A stretch of DNA of 64,000 bases from Camelus ferus. Its lineage: Eukaryota. Of the stretch, positions 1 to 13,062 are shown piece by piece. The DNA lies in the NCBI RefSeq assembly GCF_009834535.1, contig NC_045696.1:13332001-13396000 (forward strand), read 5' to 3'. Under the pieces are notes generated by a model. The model was given only the letters and a program-made list of their open reading frames with translations, searched no databases and was not told where the DNA came from. Position numbers and translations under genes: made by a program. The stretch's first letter is position 1, and each line of letters starts with the position of its first letter.

Positions 1-2219
1 CGCTAATTCTTCAACATTAACAGGTTCATTTTCCACAGTTTCAAAAATCCCTCCTGTAGAAGCAAAAGAGATGCATGAGAAGCATTAGTTACATTATTTG
101 TTTGCATTTTTAAAATGAAGAATACAAATAATCAAAACAAAAGGCCCAAAAGAAAAAGTACAGAAGTGGGCAGAACAGATCCCACACCCAACGTTAAAAG
201 TTAAGTTTATCAGCATATTTCAGATGCGGATAAAACTTCATTCCTGTGTGCTTAAGATTTCAAATCCAATATTGGTCTGTGTAATACCTATTAGATGGCA
301 AATACATTCCAGATATTTAGCACCATATAAAGTATAATTGATGAGATGATGGAGAGTGATTTTTGACAGTTTGGAAATGAATCACACGGCGGTGAACCTA
401 AACACAATTTGAGCTGCATTCTGGTAGGGCCATCCATTTTAAGAATGAAATTTCTTCTATTCAGAAACAGACATTCTAGACTCCAGAGGGATCACTCAGA
501 GTTGAGTGGGGTGAAAATGAGCCATATATGCACTTAGATTTTTTTTTTTTTTCAGAATGAAAACATGTCTTCTGTTCTTTGTGGCTTAGAATTCTGGGGT
601 CATATTCTAGTACTTTACAAAGTGCATGGGCAGATTCAAAAAGCTGTGGATTATTTTTGTTTGTTTCATTGTTTTGAGAAACTAGTCCTGCCCCAAAGCA
701 AACCTGCTTCCCATCTTTGGAGAAATAATTCCTCCACTCAACAAACACTTGCACTCAGCCTCTGATCTTAAACATGAGGATCCCATCACAAACAATACAA
801 AATATCAAAATATCAGCGCTTAAAACCTCATTCAGCTCTGACTCTGGTGTTGATAGAGGCAATTTGAGTATTATTAACTGTACATTCTTAACGTTCTTTA
901 AGAGCTGTCCTGGGATTATCCACAGACACAGAACATACAGTAAAGACTCTTAACTGGCCTCCACTTAACTTACTCCTTGACTGACCAAGAATCCTCACTT
1001 TCTTTGAAAAAGCGTATTAATCAGTATGCATAGAATACTGAATACTTATAACTAGTGGATTGTTATTCATCTGCTCTTACTATTGAGTGATTCCTTATTT
1101 AAGTTCAGTCGTAGGTTTTTAGCAAACTTGTGTCTGTTAGATTGATTTGCAAATGCTTCGATTTCTCTCTTGACTCAAAAAAAAAAAAACACGCAAAAAT
1201 CTGAAACTGAAAATTACAAACATCACAGGCACAAGTATGATTTATGTATATTCTTTCTGAGGAAAAGAACCCCAATTAGTAGACTGTCATTCAAAGAAGT
1301 TACTTTGATCCTATTTTGAAAGAATAGTAGACAAATACTTATCTATCATTTTTAAGTTAAAATTATTTGGGGGGAGCAATTTCTTTCTAAATAAACTTTC
1401 TCTGTTAAATAACCAACCAACTAGTGCCAGTTTTTAGGAGCTACGAGGTTTTTGGAAATGTCTCTGGCTTTTATAGACTGATGTATGAGATGAATGTGGA
1501 AATAATGTCTCTGTTCTCAGAGAAACCAGAATTGAACACTATGTAACCATGTATGTGACCATGTTAACCTTTTCCTGTGGAATCATGTTGGATGTTTATT
1601 GTAAAATCAACCTGAGTAATATTCTGTTCTTCGACTTTGTCTTTTTCTTTTGTCAGATGATGATAAGCAGGTCCTGGGGGAGGGAAGGAAGGACTTTCAG
1701 TTTCTCTCAGAACTGTTAGTGGATGCTCAACAGTGAGATGGTAAGCTCACACAATAGACACTTGGTCACCAAAAGAAGATGAACATATGATGGGTTGACT
1801 GCTACTGTCCAGTTGACCCACAATTGGAATTAGCCCCAACTTAAGATCAGAAACTTGTGTTAGGGCTTCCATTGCAATAATTAGCAATTGCTTGTTATTG
1901 CCCATCTCCCCAGGGACATGGTGAGAACTCTCATGAAGATGGACTATATCTTATTCAGAATCACCATCCTTATGGAGACCAAAGGATCTTAAGATGTTCA
2001 GCCTGCAACTATTTAGGAGAAAAGTTAGCCATTGGTACAGATGTGAGCACCATTAATCTCTATAAGGTAGGCTGGTAGGAGGGAACGAATACCTGAGCTG
2101 GAATCAGAAGTTCTGAATTTTGAACCTCAGTTCACCTACTTTCTCTCTGAAAAGAATGTTTAAATATCAGGAAGAAAGTTACTATGAAATAGCTCTTTCG
2201 CTATTAACATTTCATTTCA

Positions 2220-2345
2220 GCCTTATAATAATCAAGGTAGGAGGTAGTATTCCCATTCCTATAAATGAAAAAGTGAAGAGAGAAATCACACATCTTGCCC
2301 AGGTTATTCAAAATCACAAAGCCTTGTCTAGGACAAACTTAGATG
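2220..2345 (-). mobile_element. MIR SINE fragment
   Basis: 'aggtag..tattcccatt..ataaatgaaaaagtgaagagag..cttgcccaggtta' resembles the reverse-complement MIR core. Confidence 0.6.
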
Positions 2346-2480
2346 TTTGGTTCTCATATATATCATTACTATTTATTATTATATAATATATATATGGTCA
2401 CTTCACCAGGTTACTGCTGATGTCCTTCAGCTCTAAATATGGGCCGACAATGCTGACTTGCTTACTCTGGAGAACTGCTC

Positions 2481-2700
2481 TGTAAGGGAAATAATGCAAT
2501 GCAGTGAAAGTTCCCTGAACCCTCAATCATGCCCCAGAAACAAGTTAGTATTACCACATGTGGATAATAAGAATAAAAAAGGGGAACTGGCACTTGTTGA
2601 AGAACTGCCTGCTTACCTCACCATCCCCCCTTTGGTATAAAGCTGTCCTTTAAAGCTGAATGTACCTGGGTTTAAAAGAATATCAACTGTTTCTGTTACA
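2481..2700. mobile_element. Short LTR-like element (family not recognised)
   Basis: Begins tgtaa and ends ttaca (TG...CA, short inverted termini); flanked by tgctc (2476-2480) and tgctt (2701-2705), a near-perfect 5-bp TSD. Confidence 0.45.
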
Positions 2701-3995
2701 TGCTTAGGTGGGTGTGTAGGTAAACCCTATTTTGTCATTTTGGGGACAATTGCCTTTCATTCCTTCACCAAATAAGCATTATAAATGGCATCATTAGCTC
2801 AACACTCCGAACACACTCTCCTTTTTTCCTAATAGAGGAGTGCTGACAGATACCAAAAACCTACAGTGAAGTGAGGTATACACAGGACTGGGGAAGCCCC
2901 GAGAAAGTGAGATCTCATAGAAACAGAAGAAAGTTATTTATAGGAGCCAGACCTCATTCAGGAGCAGACTCTAAGAGTCAGCCACTCCCCACTCCTCTTC
3001 CTTCTCATAGCTGCCAATTTGACAGAATTGAGTTTCAGCGTCTTTGATAGGAGGAGTTGAGGGACGCACACCTAAGGACACATGCATTCTTTATTCATTT
3101 ATTTTTGAGATTTGTAGGTGTGAGCTTGTCAGTGAGACATTCGAAGTCTTTGGGGCTCTCCGTGTAATCAGCTTCTGGATGCCCGGGTTCCACGGTTTCC
3201 AGAGGAGGAACTCTGACCTCGTTCCTTCCTCTGTTCCTCTTCCTTATCTGCTCTTGTCTCTCCCTTTTCTACCCATCCTGTTCCTTTTCTCCTAAGGTCA
3301 ATTCTCTCTCTTTCTGTTACTTAAGCTGAGCTGAGCATGACTTCTCTTATAACTTCGATGGGCCATGGAAGGTTTAGAAAAAGCAAAGCTAAGAAACTAG
3401 CTTAGTTTCAAGGAAGAGAGGTGGAGCTCTCCCTCCCACCCCGACCGCTTTGCTTTTTTCTAAATTGTCCCAGCCAAGTCAGTGTGTGAGGAAAGTAAGC
3501 AGGAATTTGTGAGTTCCTCAAATGGAGGCAAGGAACCAAATGAAGATTAAAAAAGAGCTTTTTTTTTTTTTTTTTTTTTTTTTTAATTGTAACTCTTGAG
3601 AAGTGGAGCATGACAGATGGAGTGCAGGAGGGTGAGAAACCTCCACGTCCACGTGCCTGGGCTTCCCATGTTCACTTTCATAGCTTGCAGTCACACCTCA
3701 CATGTACCCAAAGTGTAAGAAGTATTGTTAGCATCTTTCACATAAACTATTTTTTCTATTTTTTTGGGGGGTGGGGGCTCAAGCAATGGAGGATGTATTT
3801 ATTGTCAGTTGTCATATATGGACAGATTTACATTGAAATGATTTCCCTCTGTGATTTTTTTAAAATTATTTTCATTCAAAAATTTTTTTCTTTTTCTATT
3901 TTTATTATATGAACTATATAAAAATATTTTCTGTTTTCTGTTACATGAATAAGATTGAGTACAGATCATAAATTAGTCCTTCTAGACTGGCCATA

Positions 3996-4875
3996 TGTGA
4001 TATTGTAATTTATAATAAGAAATGTATATTTGGTCTCCAACCTCGTTTCTGGAGCTAAACTCCTAAAACCCTTGAAATTTCTCAAGTGATGAGATCAATA
4101 AAGGAGTCTTTTGTTATATTAATGAGGTGGCTTTTGGAAAACACCTTAGGATGGAGGCTGGTTGCTAGGAGAACCAACCATATGACTAGAGGGTTGGAAA
4201 TTTCAGTCCCAGCCCCTTGACTTCTCCTTGTAGAATTGCCTGCTCATCTTGAAGTTGTTTCTTCAGTATAAAGTTGTCTTTTAAAGCTGCATGTACCTGG
4301 GTTTAAAAGAATAAACCAGCGAGGGGAGTGGGACTGGAGACTGAGTTCAGTTGCCAATGGTTAATGATCTAATCAACCGTGCCTATGTGATGACTTTACA
4401 GAGTTCAAAAGAATGGGTTTTGGAGAGCTTCCAGATTGGTGACCATGTGAAGATTTGGGGAGAGTGGTGTGGCTAGAGAGGGCATGCAAACCCACACTCA
4501 TTTTGCATACCTTGCTTATGCATCTCTTCCTGAGGTATATCTTTGTGCAATAAACAAGTCATCTAGTAGGTAGAATGTTTCTCTGAGTTCTGCAAGCTGC
4601 CCTAGAAAATTAATCAAACCCAACGAAATGGCCATTGGAGCTCCAACCTAAACCTGGGCAGTCAGAGGCACAGGTGACAATCCAGATGTACATGAAGGAA
4701 AAGGAAGTTTTGTAGGACTGATCCTTTAACCTGTGGAATCTGTGACACCACCTCCAGACAGGTGGTGTCAGAATTGAGCTGAATTGTAGGACACCCAGCT
4801 GGCATTGGAGAACTGCTTGATGGTGTGGGGAAATTCCCCCTCGCCCAACATATATTCTGGAATTGGAATCAGATA
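3996..4875 (+). mobile_element. MER21-family ERVL solo LTR
   Basis: Starts 'tgtgatattgtaatttataataagaaatgtatatttggtc'; has 'ctcctaaaacccttg', 'gagggttggaaatttcag', 'gccaatggttaatgatctaatcaa', 'gaattgtaggacacccagctgg', matching recalled MER21 consensus. Confidence 0.85.
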
Positions 4876-5409
4876 GTTAGGGACCAGCCTCTGTCTTACC
4901 ACCAACAGGAAGCTTGTAGGTCATCATTGACACATATCCCAAGTCTCTTCTTCAACTCATCCAACATTTACAGCCTGAGGTCAAGGCAAATGATAATTTA
5001 GAACACATTGTCCAAACAGAAGGAATGGATCAGAAAGTGGAAGAGGTTGGATTTCACACAAATTAGATGAGTTGTGGAAAATGAGCAGTTTTTCTCTTAA
5101 TAAATGTGTGTATTTGGGCTTTGTTTACGAGGGCCTATGGGTCCTCATCTTGGTATTTCCTGTTGTATTCTGCTAAGAGGAACAGACGCTGGTGCATCTC
5201 TCACCCGAGGAAAGGTGCCACATGTGTTCACTCAACAAAGGATGTGAAAAATAAGGTATGTGCCCACATTCTGGAGTAGTTTTAAAACTCAAAATCAACT
5301 TTTTGAATGAGGTGACCTGGAGGCGTGGGGACAGGGCTACCCAGGGAATCCTCGGGGGTGTGGCCTCCTTGAGCCACGGCAACTGCTCACTGAGCTGTGT
5401 GGTGACGTT

Positions 5410-5718
5410 GCTGTCACCTCTGTCTTCTTCTTTTCGATTTCTCCCCTTTGTAGTGGGAATATCTGTCTTAGGCCTGTTTCAACATTGTATTTTGCACATC
5501 GCTTGTTGGGCTTCACAAGTTCACAGCTGGGGAAGCATCTTGCCTCGAGATGGCCTGGGGCCTAACTTGTATCTGATTTAGGTGAAATTTAGGTGAGACT
5601 TTGGCTTTAGACTTTAGAGGTAATGCTGGAACACCTTAAGAACTCTGAGGCTGTTAGGATGAAATGCATGTATTTTCACATGAGAAAGACATGAATTTTG
5701 GAAGGGCCAAGGCCAGAA
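5410..5718 (+). mobile_element. MaLR internal region 3' end (MLT1A-int) with polypurine tract
   Basis: 'ttttcgatttctcccctttg..gggaat', 'gactttggctttagactttagag..atgctggaa', and 'gaagggccaaggccagaa' directly before the LTR. Confidence 0.75.
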
Positions 5719-6061
5719 TGCTATGGACTGTTTGTGCCCCTCCCCACCAAATTTATGTGTGGAAGCCTTAATGTGATATATTTGGAGGTGGGGACTTTGG
5801 GAAGTAATAACATCCTAAGAGCGGAGCCCTCATGGTGGGATCAGTGCCCCATAAGTAGAGGAAGATTCTCTCTCTCCACCATGTGAGGATGGGAGAGAAG
5901 ATAGCTGTCTACAAGCCGGGAGGCCTGTTCTCACCAGACACCAGATCTGCTGCCATCTTGACTTGGACTTCCCAGCCTCCAGAGCTGTGAGAAATAAATA
6001 TTTGCTGTTTAAGCCACCCAGTGTATGGTATTTGTCTTAGCAGTCCATGCTAAGCTATACA
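5719..6061 (+). mobile_element. MLT1A/MLT1A0 MaLR LTR
   Basis: 'tgctatggactg' start; 'ggacttcccagcctccagagctgtgagaaataaat..tttaagccacccag' and 'taca' end. Confidence 0.85.
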
Positions 6062-6389
6062 TCATCTTATTTTTTACCCCAGGAGCTTTGAAACTGAAAA
6101 TGGACAATTTTAACAGAAATCACATCTATGCATGTAACATTCTTTTCCAACAGGATTCTGAATTTATAGCACAGTGATTTAAGGTAAGCAGAGAAGTGTT
6201 CACTTGAAATCTCAGTACAAATTTAGGTAGTAGAATCCCTTTACCATGGGAGTGTTTTTCTCTCTCTCTCTTTCATAGATTCCTGCACCAATGAGTTCAA
6301 GCTATGGCATGGATAGTAATGCTTTGTGATCGCATGGACACAAATGGAAGCCACAGAAGTCTATGTCCTGCACAGGTAGCAGGTTTTCT

Positions 6390-6880
6390 TGGTTTCTGTA
6401 TGAAGAACAGACTGAAGTGGGGAAAGGGGCAAGATTAGCTGCAGAGAGATCTGCTCCTGGAGAGGGTTTGATAATAGGCTATTATAATAAGGGGCACTGC
6501 AATAATCCAGGTGAGAGATGATGACGGTCTGGTACAGGTGTTGTGGTATGGCAAAAAGTGGTTGAGTTCTAAATAAAAATTGAAAGTAGAGCTGGCAGGA
6601 CTTGCTGAGGAACTCTAGGTGAGAAGAAGATGATCAAGAATGACATCAGATTTTTGGCCTGATATTGCCGTTCATCAAGATGAAGAAAAAGTATGATGAT
6701 TTTACAATGTCTGTTACAGCAGAGGTGTCAACCAAGAAGTCACATTTATTGGTCTGGATTTTGTGGGCGAGGTTCTGACCTGGAAATAGAAATTTGGGAG
6801 TCATCACCGAAGGTGATGTTTAAGTTGTATTTAAAGCCGTAAAACTGGATGACATCACCCAGGAGCAAGTATAGACAGAG
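6390..6880 (-). mobile_element. L2 LINE fragment
   Basis: 'aataatccaggtgagagatgatg', 'tcaagaatgacatcagatttttggcctga', 'atttgggagtcatca', 'ggatgacatcaccca' are typical antisense L2 motifs. Confidence 0.75.
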
Positions 6881-7110
6881 AGAGGCAAACACAGGAGAGA
6901 TACAGTCACAAGCCAAGGAATGCTTGGAGCCACCAGAAGCTGGAAGAGCCAGGAACTGAATCTTCCCTAGTGCCTTCGGAGGAAGTGTGAGCCTGCTGAT
7001 GACTTGATTTTGGACTTCTGGCCTCCAGAACTGTGAGGGAATATATGCCTGTTGTTTTAAGCCAACCAGTTTGTGATAACTTGTTTCAGCAGCCACAGGA
7101 AACTAATACA
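6881..7110 (+). mobile_element. MLT1C/D MaLR LTR, 3' part
   Basis: 'caagccaaggaatgc..ccaccagaagctggaagag..gacttctggcctccagaactgtgag..ggaaactaataca'. Confidence 0.85.
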
Positions 7111-8284
7111 GTATCCCAATTGTCTTAAGAAAGTTTCAATAGTGGCTGCTTATAATTACTGCATTTTTTTCCCTCTTTGTAAAAATGTTACTTTATTTAG
7201 TACTCCAAAAACAATCTCTAGCTCTCTAATGATTTTGCAAATAAATCTAAGTAGCTGTACCACACAATACATTGAGTTTCTTTGTTTATAACATTTTTCT
7301 TGAACATACAATAAACATGGAAATTGGGTTTCCATGAACCCTGCTTACTGCCTTAACTAGCTGTTGTGTACCTGATGTGACAGCCCTCAAGGTCGCCCAG
7401 GAAGGAAGGATAAAGCTATTAGCTGACAATCAGGAGATGGAAGCTTTAGTGGTGTTGACTCCCATTTTGCTTTCCTGTGGAATAATAGCCATTCCAGAAG
7501 CTGTCAACAGAAAACAAGATGGCAATTTGATCTATTCCTTTGCTGATAGCTGCTCCTTAAATATACAGTATTATATTGCCTCTCTTTATTGCCACATCTA
7601 TAATTCTAGTTTATTACTTTATAAGCAATTTACTATACACTTACATTTATTGCACCTTTAATTTCAAGGCTACACATTTAAATTCTGATCCCCTTAGATA
7701 AATACTCTCTTCCCACTCAGCTTACCTCTCGTTGTTTACTTCTGGAGACTAAAACAGTCCTGGTAAAGATTTCATGGCAGGTGAATTTGGGTGGGAAGCA
7801 GGTGTTTCTTGACCTAATGAAGAGTGAAAGGATAAGGGATACCTGGGTTTTTACCTTTCAAGAAGTCCTGGGTAGGGACAGAGCTGTGGGTAAGGATGAG
7901 GACAGACTCAATGGTCTGGCTGTAGCCCAAACCTACTACAAGTGTCTTCAGATATCATGTCCTTTGTAAAGGGAGAACGAGATTGAGGTCCCCTGCCCTG
8001 GACAATAACCGTGCCCAAGCTCTCTCCTTGATGTCTCAAAGATTACTGAATGAATTCAGCAGGAATGGCTTTTGAGGAGGAAGAAAATATGTCAGTGGGG
8101 TAAGGAATTTCTTCAATTATTCCAGTTATGGGAAAGGCCAGTTAAGGGAAAGGCTATGGGTTATGGGCAGTTTAGTAGATGCTGCCAGTAATTTTTTCTT
8201 AATAAATTGGAGTTGCACATAAAAGAAAAAAAAGTTATCCAAAGCCAAAGGTACTCTTACTCCAGTGTTATTCAATATGCAATT

Positions 8285-8410
8285 TAATTCAGTTCATTAG
8301 ACTTCATTGGCTACCCAGTCATGTCTAAGACTATGTTAGCCACAGTGAGGGATGAAAGCACTTGGTTCTTGCCCTCAGCAGTGCTTCCAATCAATTGGGA
8401 GAGGGTGAAC
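8285..8410 (-). mobile_element. L2 3' end
   Basis: 'attcagttcatt..atgtctaagactatgttag..ggttcttgccctcag' resembles the antisense L2 terminus. Confidence 0.5.
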
Positions 8411-8456
8411 CATTGGTGGTAGATCACAGAAAAAAAAAGAAAGAAAGAAACTACTT

Positions 8457-8604
8457 CGGGAACTATATTCAATATCTTACAGTAACCTATGGTAAAAAAA
8501 GAATGTGAAAACGAATATATATGTTCATGGATGACTGAAGCATTATGCTGTACACCAGAAACTGACACATTGTAAACTGACTATACTATACATTAATAAA
8601 AAAT

Positions 8605-8605
<1 letters not shown>
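8457..8605 (+). mobile_element. 5'-truncated L1 3' UTR (cetartiodactyl/camelid type)
   Basis: 'gggaactatattcaatatctt..gctgtacaccagaaactgacacattgtaaactgactata' followed by an A-rich tail. Confidence 0.85.

Positions 8606-8606
<1 letters not shown>

Positions 8607-8638
<32 letters not shown>
8607..8638. repeat. (GT)n microsatellite at the L1 tail
   Basis: Seen directly. Confidence 0.95.
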
Positions 8639-8641
<3 letters not shown>

Positions 8642-9598
8642 GAAACAACCTTTTGTACAGCAGTCAATTACTCTATTAGAAACTAGAAACCCACTCTGTC
8701 CCCTGCAATGTGGAGTCTTTCTTGATTCTTACAGCCAGGGGTGAACTCCCCCCTCTCTTTTGATGACATATAATCTAGTGCATATTTGAGAAGTTCATTT
8801 TGATGTAAGATTGTTAAGTTGGGAGTCTAACTGTTTCTTGAGGGTAGGGACAGAGTAAATTGTTACTTCACCCTCTCTGCCAGGACTAAATGCAATGATT
8901 CTGACGCAGTGCATTGTCTCCAACAAATGACCATTCAGTTGAATTGAGTCTCTTCTTTGGGCTTTAACATCCTGTCTGATAAAGTAGGAAGTTCTGCCAA
9001 GACGAAGGGGCTTATGAGAGAGGCAGGGAAGGAGGGTGGTTGTTGAGGTGCACAGAGACTGCCTGACTTTCCCCATCACTGCCTTTTTAGCAGTTGATTG
9101 CTCCTCTCAACCATTATGGCCCATTGTCCCCGAGCACTTTCAGAGCTCTGATCCTCTCTAAACCCTCATTCTCATCAGACTGCCAGCACCTTCACATCAT
9201 GGAGGAATGGCTCATCTCCTATTCAACTACAGATTTCAGGCGAGAACCAGGAATAGTGCCAAAGGATTCATGCCAAACATTTATTCTTATGCAAGTCTGT
9301 GATCACTTGAATATCTCTTGAGAGCAACTATATTTTTAACTTTTAACATCTCATTTAAATGACGAAAGGTTTCATTTATCTACTTATTAATTAAATGAAT
9401 GGAATATGCTAAGTTCACAACCTACAGTTCGGGGAAGCTGTGGTAGACATTTCATCATATTTTTCTGGTTTTCTTCCCCCTCTATTTCTGCTGTTTCTTC
9501 AACTGGAATTTCTTCTTGCTGAGAAGGAAATACTGCTATTAAAAATGAGAACTGATGTCTGAAGCCAGAACAAATGGAAGCTCATAGCTCTGGCAGAG

Positions 9599-9885
9599 CA
9601 GTATTTACCAATGTGTGTGCATAGAAGTCACCCATGAGATGCCACACACAAAGGGAGTTCAGTGGTCAAATAAGTTTGGGAAGCACTGCTGAGTACCATC
9701 CCTTTCTGGAAATTCACACTGCACAATAACATATAAAAATCTCTCAGAAGTCCTATAGTAAAGAAAGCAATTTGACTCTCTTTAACCCAGTGTTCCTCAA
9801 ATTCATTTGATTATAGGATAGTTTTCCTTGCAACTAGGATGTGCAGTGGAATTGCTATCCTGAGAAACACATTTTAAAAAATTTG
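9599..9885. mobile_element. MER103-type hAT-Charlie MITE
   Basis: 'gtggtcaaataagtttgggaa', 'attcacactgcaca', 'agaagtcctatagtaaagaaa', 'tttaacccagtgttcctcaaattcatttga' match recalled MER103C, including its internal inverted symmetry. Confidence 0.75.
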
Positions 9886-10929
9886 ATCTAGTGACCTGCT
9901 CTCCTTGGGACTGACTAAATAATCTGTGGTCTTAAATGCTGTTTTTGTGCTCATTTTAGTGAAAAGTTAAACATCAAATTCTTGATCAGAAATATAAACA
10001 CCCTAGATATGACAGTTTTTTTTGAAAAACTAATATTAGATTCATACTATCAATTTTTACCTCTTTTTCCCATTTACAAGAATAATCTAAGCATGGAGAT
10101 TGTATTTCTATGAAAAAAAGATCTTTTAATTAATCATCTCAAAGATATGTTGTAGGCAAGATGCAAGTTCTTAACATGATGTAAATGTTTTAAAATGCAA
10201 AGGCTTTTGCTGCATTTTGTTCTTATTTCTTTTTCTTATTCTTTTCCTTTAGGTTTTAATATCTCTGCCTATTTATTTGAAAAAAAAAAGTCCTTTTAAT
10301 GAAATTTTTCATTCACTGATTAAAACATTGTTCAAAATGGTATACTAGGCAACAACAGTCATTTAGAACATCTAAAAAGATTACAAAATCTCAAATTTAA
10401 ACACTCACATATTTTATTACATTCCCCTTCTGTTAAAGAGTCTCAAATTGGAATTTTCTATTTGTTATTGTTCAAGTCACCTAGAGTCCAGAAAGTATTT
10501 CAGTTGCACATACTCTTCTAGATTTGCTCAGTCACATTCTAATATCTAACACTATAAAATGAACAGAGTTTGCACTGACATGAATAATGAATAAACTCTA
10601 TGGAAGTCATTTCTCAGAGAAAATTTCTTTGTGAAACATTTAGGTCCCAGATGAAGAGAGATAAACTCAACTAATATGCATATTCAGGAAAGCTACAAGT
10701 CGATCAAAAATAAAGCACAGTTAAATGTCATGTCACAGAGGGATCTGTGTTTGGAATGCTGCTTAGAGGAACTTTTGGAGAAACATGTGCCATTTATTTT
10801 AAAAGTGCTGAAATCTGGAAATTCTCTTTGCTGCTCATTTACATATATTTTAAAATACGCTGTTCTCTGTGAACTCCCACAATGGACACCACAGTCTGGT
10901 GTGTGTGCATACATCATTTTTCCCCCTAA

Positions 10930-12960
10930 ATAATTTTATTGAAAAAGTACAGACTTGTAAATTGAGTAAAATGTTGAAAGAAGGGGAAAAACAACAAAAT
11001 CTCATCACACCACTGTGAAACAATTATTATTAACATTTCGGTGAATTTCCTTCTATTTTATTCATAACTATACATTTCTGAATTTTCTTTAAAATAATTA
11101 AGATGGGACTATCCTATTATCTCCTGCCATTTTCACTAACACCATACCATGGACATCTTCCCCCCAAAACAACCCTCCCTTTTAGTGTTGTCTAATACCT
11201 TATTGTTTGGATAGATCATGGTTGACTTAATTAATCTCACTTTTTTTTTTTTTGGTAAGTTGTTACTAATTCTTTACTGTTATTAATCCTATTATGATTG
11301 ACATTTGGTGTGTTCCATGATTTCACTGAAAGAAAAATGCTTTGAAATGTAGCTATTCAGTCGTAAGCTTTTGTTACATAACTTTACATTGCCATGCAGA
11401 AATGAAGGATGACAAATTTATACTTGCATCCACTGTGTAGAAATCCCCAACTGAACGGCAATCTTGCTGAAAATCTGTATGGTTTTTATGTTAGTTTCAG
11501 ACAAAGTATTTATTATTACTTAAAATTGCATCCCTTTGAATACAGATGAGTTTAATTTTTAAAACTTATTTACTACCTATTGGTACGTCTGTAATGTTAA
11601 ACTATATGTTTCTGTCTTTTGTCTTTTTATATCTTGAGATATCATTGTTTTTGTTATTGATGTAAGTTGCTCTCTTATCTTAAGGATGCAAAGCATTTGA
11701 CATTTTTTTTTTTTTTTGCAAATGTTTCCAGCTTATTATTCAGCTCTTAATGCTGATTAGATTTTTAGGCAGAGAAATTCAAGTTTTTATAATGTCAAAT
11801 ATTTGATTATTTTTCCTTCAAACATGAGACATTTGTAATAGTTATTAATATTTCTGGTTCTTTCCTTTCTGAATGTATGAATGGATTGCACCTGACTGTC
11901 TTTGACTGGAGCTGTGTCCAATGACTTGTGAGCAGAATTTACATGAGTCATTTCCCTGGACAGAAGGAAGAATCAGTGAGACAACTTTCTTCTGTTTCTC
12001 TCGGTCCTGGTGGTGGGGACAATAGAGTTACTCCCTCAGCCTGGAATTCAGAGGGATAAAATGTGAAGCAGAACCTGTAACAGACTCACTTTGGCATTTT
12101 AGCAGGAAAATATCTTTGGCTATTTAAAGCCCTTCTTCTGCGGGTGAGTCACTTGTTAACAATAATTGAATCTAGCCTTGCGAGACTACGGGAATATTTA
12201 CAATTAAAAATTTCTCCTCTATCCATCAAATTGATAAATATTTACATATATTATTACTATTAGGATTTTAAACTTTTTTATTTCTTATAATTTAGTTATT
12301 TTGTCCATTTAAAGTTTATTCTGGTATATGGTGTTAGGGGAAAAACTAATATAATCTATATCTATATCTATATAGATATATAAAACTTGTATATATATTT
12401 TTATACATATCTACTAATGTGTTACACAACCTTTGAATTCATCATATTTTGTATTCTTGTATAACTTAAGTTCTGGACTATTCTCTTTTGCTGACTTTTC
12501 TGCTCATTATCTTCAAATATCCACCATTGTTGTGTTGTTTATTGCATTGACCATACTTTAATTAAATGCTTGAGCTATTATATAATTACATGAGTGTTCT
12601 TTTGAGCTCAAATGTTCTTAAAACATGAGGTTGCAAATCAAGTATATTAATTTTCATATTATTTTGTCAGGCCAAAACATGGTAAATTGCTAACGTAAGG
12701 AAGCAGTAACTCCTCCCCTCACAATAAATACCAAGGAATCAATGTTTGATTTTTTGAGAAATTAAAAAAAAATAACACCAGTGTGACTTTTGTGGATCTC
12801 TCCTTGCACCTAAACTGTATTTACTGTCATTTTGGCTGTTAAAAAATTTATAAATTTGTCTACACTTCTTAAAAAATTTATTAAAGCATTTGAGTTTGCA
12901 CATTTACTTCTCCATATAGCTTTGGCAGTATTCTGTATGTTTTAACATGTGTTTTTTGCA
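10930..12960 (-). mobile_element. Ancient L1M(E/C) LINE fragments
   Basis: T-rich degraded antisense L1 3' region, e.g. 'aaaatctcatcacaccact..attattaacattt', 'tttattctggtatatggtgttagg'. Confidence 0.55.
11833..12190 (+). mobile_element. MLT1I/J-type MaLR LTR inserted in old L1
   Basis: 'ccaatgacttgtgagcagaa', 'ctccctcagcctggaattcagag', 'tttaaagcc..ttgttaac..tctagcc' resemble old MLT1 LTRs. Confidence 0.6.
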
Positions 12961-13062
12961 TTTTTATTATTTTATAAATCTTTTTAAAATACATAAATTA
13001 TATCCTCATTGACTCAAAAGTTAGTCAGAGTGATTTTTAAATTTCAAAGTTTGAGGTCTCGT

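Noticed and set aside
6083..6189. Possible short exon ending AAG|GTAAGC
   Set aside because: Acceptor is ambiguous and there is no recognisable coding signal; such motifs are common by chance.
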